Shown here: positions 9,220-16,416 of the stretch, in pieces | Numbering within the stretch: the first letter of the stretch is position 1 | Layout: each line of letters opens with the position of its first letter | Virus record (IMG/VR): IMGVR_UViG_3300033402_000018 | Reading direction: 5' to 3' (one strand) | Length of the DNA stretch: 55,764 nt | Origin: a virus | Notes under the pieces: generated by a model | The model's input: the letters and a program-made list of their open reading frames with translations, nothing else | Databases searched by the model: none | Told to the model about the DNA's origin: nothing | Program-made: the position numbers and the translations under genes

Positions 9220-9426
9220 ATGGAACAGCACTACTGCCAACGAATCCCAAAGCCGGGGCCAAACACGCTTTCTCTGACCTCCATAGAAGGCGACCCGGAC
9301 GCCTGTGGTAAGATCGCGCACTTCAAATACAGACCAGAGGACCCATACGATGTCTTTGAGCCGGACAAAGTTTGGTGGTTGTGTGCGGAGTGCTATGATT
9401 TTGCCATGATCTTCGACAAATTCTAA
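9220..9426 (+). CDS. hypothetical protein
   Basis: 68 aa ORF, CxxC motif. Confidence 0.35.
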   Translation: MEQHYCQRIPKPGPNTLSLTSIEGDPDACGKIAHFKYRPEDPYDVFEPDKVWWLCAECYDFAMIFDKF

Positions 9427-9460
9427 ATTTCTAAGATTCTAGCCCTCTTGTAGAGGGCAA

Positions 9461-10027
9461 ATGGTTTATTTCATCATCGAAGCATCGCATCTTTTCCGCG
9501 CCGGGACAAAGTATCAGACCCAGTTTTTCGTGATGGATGTTGTGAATTTCATCCATCGCAAGTTCAGGGGTTTCTGCTCCGGCTGCCCAGAGCCTTGCCC
9601 GGAAATGGTGCCACATGTGATTGTTCTTCACGGCTCTGTTAAGCAGGAACAGGGCGACCGCTATGCCGCCGCGCTCGAACGCCACGGCGTGAAGGTTGTG
9701 CGTATGCGCCCGATTGAGTCGGACAGCGCAGGCAAATGGTTTTTCAAGCCAGCTTGGTACATGCACAAAATGATGGGGACGGACATCCCTGAAGGCTCTG
9801 ATGTTGTTCTGGTGGGGTTTCACAATATCCGCTACCTAAAGTTCCTCGAAAAGTATGCCACTCGATACAACCTGCATGTGGCCGCCTTTCAAACGCCAAG
9901 CGCCAAGCAAGGGATGATGCACGTTCCTGATGAGTTTAAGCCATTACTCAAAAGCGTAATTGACCTTGACATGGATGTCCCCGGCATCAAAGCAGAGTTC
10001 AAGAAAAAGCTCAGTAATAAAGCTTGA
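9461..10027 (+). CDS. hypothetical protein
   Basis: 188 aa ORF following a hairpin; no clear motif. Confidence 0.5.
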   Translation: MVYFIIEASHLFRAGTKYQTQFFVMDVVNFIHRKFRGFCSGCPEPCPEMVPHVIVLHGSVKQEQGDRYAAALERHGVKVVRMRPIESDSAGKWFFKPAWYMHKMMGTDIPEGSDVVLVGFHNIRYLKFLEKYATRYNLHVAAFQTPSAKQGMMHVPDEFKPLLKSVIDLDMDVPGIKAEFKKKLSNKA

Positions 10028-10130
10028 GCGGTTCACGGGCCTAAAGCTTCGTTGGTTAGCACCCCCCGATCTTATGTTCGCTCGCCAGAAGACCGGGAGA
10101 AGATGCAACCCGTGGACCGTCAAGGACTCA

Positions 10131-10515
10131 ATGAACGCTAACGAATACCAGACGCTCGCTGAAGTTACCGAGAGCAAAGATTTTGAAGCAATCGGTAAAC
10201 GCATGTCAACCATCCGTAGCATCCGTCTTCTCCACGCGACAACTTGGCATTTCCAGCGAATGCGGTGAAGTCGCTGACGCACTCAAGAAGCATATCTTCT
10301 ACGGCAAGGAACTGGACGTAGTAAACGTTGCCGAAGAGATCGGCGATATTTGCTGGTATCTGGCGCTCGCTTGCAATGAGCTTGGTATGGCATTCGAGCA
10401 GGACATCTTGGAAGTCAACATCGCCAAGCTGAAGGCCCGTTACGGGGACAAGTTCTCCGAGCACGCGGCCATGCACCGTGACCTCAACAAGGAACGTGCT
10501 ATACTCGAAGGATGA
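10131..10515 (+). pseudogene. mazG: MazG-like nucleoside triphosphate pyrophosphohydrolase interrupted by an apparent +1 frameshift (~10240-10250)
   Basis: Frame 0 encodes MNANEYQTLAEV...IRLLHA (then stop); frame +1 continues LGISSECGEVADALKK...EEIGDICWYLALA...KLKARYGDKF. Fused, this reproduces the MazG RLLHAALGLAGEAGE / EELGDLLW motifs. AAGGA RBS before 10131. Confidence 0.6.
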
Positions 10516-10922
10516 GCACAGTAATTGAGCGCGGCTTCAGCGGCCCCGTTTGCGGAGAATGCGGGTCTGTCCTGCCAGTGGCGGGAGACTACAACCGTGT
10601 TTGTCTGAAGTGCAACCCTGAAAAAGAAATCTACTGGTTTGACGAGCGCGAACTGAGAGTGCTCCGCGAGATGATGGATGCGAAAGAGATGTCGGCGAAG
10701 GCTGTTGTCCGGCATATTTTCCGTCTCGGTCAGATGTGCGATCTATTCATCTCCCAAGGCTATAAGATCAGGTTTGAATCACCTGATGGCGGGGAGACAG
10801 TAGACCCGTTAGCTGGCCCGCCAAAGATGGCAGAGATGCCATACTGCGGCAATCCGCTGTGTCATCGCACGAGCGGCTTAACGATTCATAATCCTGATTG
10901 CCCGGAGTACGAATACAGATGA
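10512..10922 (+). CDS. hypothetical zinc-ribbon protein
   Basis: CGECGSVLP...CLKCNP and C-terminal CGNPLCH...NPDCPEY Cys clusters. Confidence 0.5.
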   Translation: MSTVIERGFSGPVCGECGSVLPVAGDYNRVCLKCNPEKEIYWFDERELRVLREMMDAKEMSAKAVVRHIFRLGQMCDLFISQGYKIRFESPDGGETVDPLAGPPKMAEMPYCGNPLCHRTSGLTIHNPDCPEYEYR

Positions 10923-11052
10923 GCTACAAAGACGACCAACTCGCGTTCAAAGTTATTCTAGGGGTCATCGTTACGATAATCGTTGGCACACTGGTGGTTT
11001 ATGCGACTGCTGGCGCTGTCATTATCCATTTCGTCAAGAAGTTCTGGTAACC

Positions 11053-11253
11053 ATGAAGATCAGGGTTAAAATCACACCCGCACGCTTGGAACGCCTGATG
11101 GCTGGCGAGCCGCTCAATTACGCCGTGGGCAACACGGAAATTGAGATCGTCATGGCAGATGACGTTTTTTCCAAGTTTGATGCGATTTTCGAGAAGATTT
11201 CCAAGATCGTCAACAAGACGGTGGAGAAGATTGAATCCGCAATCCTTAAGTAG
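11053..11253 (+). CDS. hypothetical protein
   Basis: 66 aa ORF. Confidence 0.4.
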   Translation: MKIRVKITPARLERLMAGEPLNYAVGNTEIEIVMADDVFSKFDAIFEKISKIVNKTVEKIESAILK

Positions 11254-11255
11254 GA

Positions 11256-11846
11256 TTGCCCATGCCTCGTTACATCGACATTGACCAAGAGCGTTTGTCC
11301 CACCTTCATGAGGGTTTAGAGCTTCTGGAGATGGTTGACCGTGAAGCAATCGCGGGACTGGACTTGTGCGTTTACGGGATCACCAACAACGCGTCCATTC
11401 TTGATTCCGCTAAAGAAGCCATCGCTGATTCTGAAGAAGTAGCGGAGCAGGACGTAGCCCTTACTGAGATTGCTGTAGCCATTCCGATCTCGTCTGACAC
11501 TATCTACGCGCTGAACGGTTCCGGCATTCGCCTCAGCCGCGAGGATTTTGCATACATGGGTTCCGGTGGTGAAGGTGTCCGCACCATGACTTTCGCTTTC
11601 GCTCACTTCAAATCGACAGTGACCCTGAATTCATTTTCCAAGCTCGCAATTGCTTCGTCTGATTCGTGGCTGGATGATTTCTTGCGTAAGGAAGGCTCCG
11701 GGCAGCAAGCGAAGGTCACTCCCGCTGTTCACCGCACCGAAGAAGCCACAGTTCCCGGCGCTCCCCCGGCACCAGAAATTCCGAAACGTACATCCGTTAT
11801 GGGTGGGCCCCGTCTGGCGTCCTTGATTGACGAATTTCTTGCATGA
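11256..11846 (+). CDS. hypothetical protein
   Basis: 196 aa acidic ORF. Confidence 0.5.
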   Translation: MPMPRYIDIDQERLSHLHEGLELLEMVDREAIAGLDLCVYGITNNASILDSAKEAIADSEEVAEQDVALTEIAVAIPISSDTIYALNGSGIRLSREDFAYMGSGGEGVRTMTFAFAHFKSTVTLNSFSKLAIASSDSWLDDFLRKEGSGQQAKVTPAVHRTEEATVPGAPPAPEIPKRTSVMGGPRLASLIDEFLA

Positions 11847-12298
11847 AACTAACGCGGCAACAGCGTGAGCAACTCCGCATGAAGTTTGGCGGGAAGTGTG
11901 CCTACTGCGGCTGCGATCTTCCTGAAAAAGGCTGGCACGCCGATCATGTTGAGCCTGTCTACCGTGAGTGGTGGAAAAGCACCAAATGGTGGAAAGAAGC
12001 GCACGGCACCAAGTGGTCGGTCAACGAAGCTGGTAACCTTGAGCAACACGCTGTCCCGCTGGAGAAACCGGGGTTCGAGCGCCCGGAAAATGACACACTG
12101 GAGAACCTGTTCCCGTCCTGTGTTCCCTGCAATCTGGACAAGCACGCGAGTCCCTTGGAAGTATGGCGGCAGCAGCTTGAAGGTCGCGTTGATGTATGTC
12201 GTAGAAACTATTCTGCATTCCGCCACGCCGAACGTTTCGGTTTAGTGCAGCAAATCCACAAACCTGTGGTATTCTGGTTTGAGCAATACTCCGGCTAG
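11843..12298 (+). CDS. HNH endonuclease
   Basis: CAYCGCDL...HADHVEPV...NLFPSCVPCNLDK (HNH with zinc-binding Cys pairs); ATGA overlap. Confidence 0.75.
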   Translation: MKLTRQQREQLRMKFGGKCAYCGCDLPEKGWHADHVEPVYREWWKSTKWWKEAHGTKWSVNEAGNLEQHAVPLEKPGFERPENDTLENLFPSCVPCNLDKHASPLEVWRQQLEGRVDVCRRNYSAFRHAERFGLVQQIHKPVVFWFEQYSG

Positions 12299-12351
12299 AC
12301 ATCCCCGAAAATTAAGAGTATCATTCGGTTTAGAACTGGCATCTAACCGAC

Positions 12352-13185
12352 ATGGCGAACAAACCCAGAACCGACTCGCTGGGTGACAGAATGAAGCGCT
12401 ACGAAGCAACCACGCGCTTCCTGTTGCCGCGCCGCACTTACACAATTCTTCGCGTTGATGGTCGTGCGTTCCACACGTGGACTCGCGGGCTTGACCGTCC
12501 CTATGACCGCAACTTCATGGCGTGCATGAACGAAGCCGCGCTCGAACTTTGCCAGCAGATCGCGGGAGCGCAGTTCGCTTACGTGCAGTCCGACGAAATC
12601 AGCCTGTTGGCTGTGGACTTCCTTGACATCAAAACCGAGCCGTGGTTTGAAGGCGGCGTGCAGAAATGGGCCAGCGTCGGCGCATCCATCGCAACGATGG
12701 CGTTCAACAATTGCTTGCTTCGGCTGAAGGGGGCAAACCTCGACGAGTCTGAGCTTAAGATCACCAAGAAGCTCCCGAACGCCACGTTCGACGCCCGCGT
12801 GTTCACCATCCCAGACTTGGTGGAAGTGGAAAATTATTTCGTGTGGCGGCAGCAGGATGCGGAACGCAACTCCGTCACAATGCTGGCGCAGAGCTACGCT
12901 TCCCACAAGCAACTCATGGGGAAAAATCGCGCCGCGCAGCATGAGATCATCCACAAAGCCGGGGACAATTGGGCGAAGCATCCTGTGCGTTTCAAGCATG
13001 GCGCTGTGATCCGCCGTGCCGCTGAAAACGAAGTCTGGACGGAAGTCGGCACCCATCATTTCAACTGGGTTGTGGACGAAGACACCCCAGCCTTCACCAA
13101 AGACCGCGCTTACATCCGTGGTCTGGTTCCTGTTGTTTGGGACAACGACCTTCTGGTCAGAAAGGCGGCAGCGAATGGAGAATAG
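12352..13185 (+). CDS. tRNA(His) guanylyltransferase Thg1-like protein (TLP)
   Basis: DRMKRYE, TILRVDGRAFHTWTRGL, FAYVQSDEISLL match the conserved Thg1 N-terminal palm-domain motifs. Confidence 0.7.
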   Translation: MANKPRTDSLGDRMKRYEATTRFLLPRRTYTILRVDGRAFHTWTRGLDRPYDRNFMACMNEAALELCQQIAGAQFAYVQSDEISLLAVDFLDIKTEPWFEGGVQKWASVGASIATMAFNNCLLRLKGANLDESELKITKKLPNATFDARVFTIPDLVEVENYFVWRQQDAERNSVTMLAQSYASHKQLMGKNRAAQHEIIHKAGDNWAKHPVRFKHGAVIRRAAENEVWTEVGTHHFNWVVDEDTPAFTKDRAYIRGLVPVVWDNDLLVRKAAANGE

Positions 13186-13516
13186 CCCCAAGCTCGATTA
13201 TCGCGTCATTTCTGTAAACGACGCTGCATACCGCTTCCGCGTTCGCCAGCTTGAAACTGATTTCATGTTTGCGGATGGCTCCGTAAAGACGTTCACCAAT
13301 TGGGACGTGAAGGGTGTACGCGAGCGCCACTACATGGAAGAGTACATCAACGTTCCGGTTGAGGAATACCTGCGTTCCGCAGTTGGCGAGCAGGAAATCG
13401 TGGCGTATGGTGTAAAGATGTCAGACATTCGCAAGTTCATCTCGGATAAAGCGGAGTTCTTTGAAGACCTTCTGCTGGAAGCCGCGAGCAACGTTCCCCT
13501 CGATGGGGACGAATAG
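13175..13516 (+). CDS. hypothetical protein
   Basis: In-frame ATG (MENSPKLDYRV...) just before the upstream stop; the longer ORF from 13016 overlaps the Thg1-like gene. Confidence 0.45.
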   Translation: MENSPKLDYRVISVNDAAYRFRVRQLETDFMFADGSVKTFTNWDVKGVRERHYMEEYINVPVEEYLRSAVGEQEIVAYGVKMSDIRKFISDKAEFFEDLLLEAASNVPLDGDE

Positions 13517-13602
13517 ACCTTCAACCGCAGCGGGTAAGCGGTGGAGCATAGGGCGGGAGTTCAGAGTCGGCTCCCGCCCAACAACTCAGAATCGAGGGAA
13601 CA

Positions 13603-13830
13603 ATGCAGTTCATACTTTACATGGTTTTGGCGGGGTTGCTGGGGTTGGTTCTCGGTGTGGAAGTTCTCGTCTACAAAGAGAACGAATGGGTGCGCAACTT
13701 CATGAGCAACCGCCCGGTGCTGGGTTGCACGGCTGCGTCGGTTCTAGCCGCATTAGCACTTTGCCTGCTCAGCTACCTACTTACCGTGGCTCTTTTGGCG
13801 GTGCTGGGTCTGCTTGTTGGAGGGCACTGA
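13603..13830 (+). CDS. small membrane protein
   Basis: 75 aa, two hydrophobic helices; ATGA overlap with next gene. Confidence 0.45.
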   Translation: MQFILYMVLAGLLGLVLGVEVLVYKENEWVRNFMSNRPVLGCTAASVLAALALCLLSYLLTVALLAVLGLLVGGH

Positions 13831-14033
13831 TGTTCGCACTGCACTTTCAAATCATTGAACGCCGGAAGCCGCTCAGCTTCAAGCTGGATGACACTGTTCT
13901 GGACAGCAAGACCTTCAGTCTTCCTGACCTGACGATTGACCAACGGGTTGAATTTTTCAACAAGATCGACAAGGTTTGCCGCCAGATTCAACGCAAGGCG
14001 GAAAGAACAGAGAAGGCGAAAAGCAAGAAATGA
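13830..14033 (+). CDS. hypothetical protein
   Basis: MFALHFQIIERRKPL...; ATG overlapping upstream stop. Confidence 0.4.
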   Translation: MFALHFQIIERRKPLSFKLDDTVLDSKTFSLPDLTIDQRVEFFNKIDKVCRQIQRKAERTEKAKSKK

Positions 14034-14551
14034 ACTGGGCCAAACGATCTGGTGACGCGATTTACGCGTCCCGCTGGTTGCTGCTACCGCTGAGCGCGGC
14101 TATGCTTGTCGTGCTCGCGGCGTACATCGTCGCGTTCCTTGTCAGCGACTACGAGTTCATCCGCCACATCAAGTTCGATACTGAATCGCTCATGGTTGTG
14201 GCGCTGAGTTTCGCCGATGCTTACATGGTCGCAAACCTTCTGCTCATGATCGCGCAAGGCAGCTTCCAGATTTTCATCCAGAAATTCAATTTCCCCGATC
14301 CGGTGAACCGCCCGTCGTACCTCGACCATATTGATTCCGGTCTGCTGAAAGTGAAGATCGCGCAGTCTGTAGGCGGGATTATGCTGGTACGCCTGTTGGA
14401 AGATTACGTGAACATGGAACATGTTGATTGGGAGATCGTTAAGCACCGCTTGGTTGCGATCCTGACTACCGTCGTTGTAGCAATGATTTTCGCGGGCATC
14501 TGGCGCGTCACTCACCCAGCTTGGCAGCAGGAGCATCATGAAACACATTAG
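14030..14551 (+). CDS. UPF0114/YqhA-family inner membrane protein
   Basis: MNWAKRSGDAIYASRWLLLPL... resembles the YqhA N-terminus (..AMYASRWLLAPVY..); multiple TM helices; ~173 aa. Confidence 0.6.
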   Translation: MNWAKRSGDAIYASRWLLLPLSAAMLVVLAAYIVAFLVSDYEFIRHIKFDTESLMVVALSFADAYMVANLLLMIAQGSFQIFIQKFNFPDPVNRPSYLDHIDSGLLKVKIAQSVGGIMLVRLLEDYVNMEHVDWEIVKHRLVAILTTVVVAMIFAGIWRVTHPAWQQEHHETH

Positions 14552-14954
14552 GCTTATTCTTCTTTTGGCAATGTTGATCGGTTTGTGCTCGTGCGACGGT
14601 TGTGACACGCGCCACAAGGCGAAGGTGTTCAAGCTCAAAAATCACCACATCGCTATGGTTGATGACCAAGGCAAGTGGTGGGAGTACGTCTTGAAGAACG
14701 CTGATGTTGATTTTGACATCCCAACGTCCACATCTGGTGAAATGAAGCTACCAAGCGGCGGAAGCTGGCGTCCCGCTACACAGCAAGAAGAGGAAGAAGT
14801 CACAGAAGAAACCGTGCAGACGGAAGACACCACGGTAGACGAGACAGACGCCGGGACACCGGACGGGGCCGGGGACGTGGGTGGTGACAGCGGCGGTGCA
14901 GATAGTGGTGACGGTGGTGACGGTGGTGGAGATGGCGGCGGGGGAGATGACTGA
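14538..14954 (+). CDS. lipoprotein with Gly/Asp-rich C-terminus
   Basis: Signal peptide MKHIRLILLLAMLIGLCSC with lipobox-like LIGLC; C-terminal GDGGDGGGDGGGGDD. Confidence 0.5.
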   Translation: MKHIRLILLLAMLIGLCSCDGCDTRHKAKVFKLKNHHIAMVDDQGKWWEYVLKNADVDFDIPTSTSGEMKLPSGGSWRPATQQEEEEVTEETVQTEDTTVDETDAGTPDGAGDVGGDSGGADSGDGGDGGGDGGGGDD

Positions 14955-15210
14955 AGAAATCGAACGATTGGTGATGGAGCTATCCCAATACAGTCCTTTG
15001 GCTAACGCCGTTCTCCGGCGAGCGCGGTTTGACGGTTGGGATATTCGCCGGACGATAGGTGTAATGGCATACGTCCTGCTTGTAGACGAGCAGGAACATT
15101 TCAACCGATTGGTTGAGGTCCAAGCTCAAAGCGCACGCCCCTTGCTCATCAAACAGCACTGTTCAACCTGCACTTGCACAGACAAAAGCACGGGTTACGA
15201 GGACTTATGA
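14947..15210 (+). CDS. hypothetical protein
   Basis: ATGA overlap; 87 aa. Confidence 0.4.
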   Translation: MTEEIERLVMELSQYSPLANAVLRRARFDGWDIRRTIGVMAYVLLVDEQEHFNRLVEVQAQSARPLLIKQHCSTCTCTDKSTGYEDL

Positions 15211-15491
15211 CCAAAGAACAGATCGAGAAGTCAGTTGCGGACGCGGCGCTAGTAACCGCAAGAATTATCATGGAGAGCAAGACCGAACTCTTGGTCAACT
15301 ACTTCAAAGAAGAAGCCGCGAAGAATGATGCTGCTATCGGTATCCAGATGTGGGGGCAGAAGCAAGGCTGGACTCAGGAGCGAATCGCCATAGCAATCGC
15401 GTTCGCACTGATGGTGCAACAGCGCGTCGTTGATAAGGCGCACAGAAGGGAGCAAAATGCCGACAGTACCAGCAATGAAAGCAACAACTGA
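15207..15491 (+). CDS. hypothetical protein
   Basis: ATGA overlap; 94 aa. Confidence 0.4.
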   Translation: MTKEQIEKSVADAALVTARIIMESKTELLVNYFKEEAAKNDAAIGIQMWGQKQGWTQERIAIAIAFALMVQQRVVDKAHRREQNADSTSNESNN

Positions 15492-15825
15492 ACAAGAGCG
15501 CGAAGTGATGCGCAAGATGATCGGGCGCAGTGGGGACGCGAAAAGCTGGAAAGAGTGTCCTTGCGGCTGGTTCTATCAGGGGGCGCGTTGTCCTGATAAA
15601 GTGTGCCAGCTATGGAAGAAAGCGCACGGTAAAAAGACCGTGAAAATGTACCTTTACGGCAACGACGAAACAAACCTTGAGAAGGGTAGAGAGCTTGGTC
15701 TGGAAGGCGTAGCCCTTGAAACTTTCAGCGGATGGGACTATGAGATCGAGTTCGACGTCGAAGTGGACATGGAAAAGGGAGAGGTCAAAATACTTTCCGT
15801 GGATGGTCACGATCTCAAGTATTAA
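15457..15825 (+). CDS. hypothetical protein
   Basis: ORF with CPCGW...C motif; alternative start 15475. Confidence 0.45.
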   Translation: MPTVPAMKATTEQEREVMRKMIGRSGDAKSWKECPCGWFYQGARCPDKVCQLWKKAHGKKTVKMYLYGNDETNLEKGRELGLEGVALETFSGWDYEIEFDVEVDMEKGEVKILSVDGHDLKY

Positions 15826-15830
15826 GTTGC

Positions 15831-16373
15831 ATGGCGCAGGACGTTAATTTCAAGAAAACCGCAGCAACAGAGACGCAGTACAACACAGGCGCACAGCGGG
15901 ACAATCGAGTAGGTAAAGGGGCGTTTCACTGGATGCCGTGGGACGCCCTGTTTTGTGTCTCCCGCATCTATGAGCTTGGCAACAAAGGCCGGAGCAAAAC
16001 CGGAGACGGCAACGACCGTAATTGGGAAAACGGGATGCCGCTCATTGACCTGTTGCAGAGCGCGATCAATCACATCTCAGCCCACATCTCAGGCGACCGC
16101 AGCGAGCCGCACATCTCACAGGCAATCTGGAACCTATTGAACTACCTTCAGACTTCGATCTGGGTTATCCTAGGGTTCCGCCCCAAGGAACTCAACAAGC
16201 TGCCAGACCATCGCCATGCTTGGAAGCCGGGGGATGAGCCGCCATGCCCGTTGTCACCACAAGAGATTGAGTGGTTACAGTTCAAGGGTGTGATCCCAAA
16301 AGAGCCAGAGTTGCATGATTGCGGGCCTGAACCAGCCGTTCTTAAGGTGGTATTGCCCGGATCGGAACGCTGA
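15831..16373 (+). CDS. hypothetical protein
   Basis: 180 aa ORF. Confidence 0.5.
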   Translation: MAQDVNFKKTAATETQYNTGAQRDNRVGKGAFHWMPWDALFCVSRIYELGNKGRSKTGDGNDRNWENGMPLIDLLQSAINHISAHISGDRSEPHISQAIWNLLNYLQTSIWVILGFRPKELNKLPDHRHAWKPGDEPPCPLSPQEIEWLQFKGVIPKEPELHDCGPEPAVLKVVLPGSER

Positions 16374-16416
16374 TCTGGAATTTAGCGTATTCGTAGCTCT
16401 TTTGTAGGACTCACGA

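Noticed and set aside
12343-13191. 282-aa minus-strand ORF
   Set aside because: Exactly antisense to the Thg1-like gene, which has strong conserved motifs; a shadow ORF typical of GC-rich coding sequence.
13461-14033. 190-aa plus ORF
   Set aside because: Its first two thirds are Gly/Arg-rich and overlap the better-supported membrane ORF 13603..13830; only the in-frame tail (13830..14033) is kept as a gene.
14880-14950. GGTGAC/GGTGGT periodic repeats
   Set aside because: This is the codon-level repeat encoding the Gly/Asp-rich tail of the lipoprotein, not a separate repeat element.
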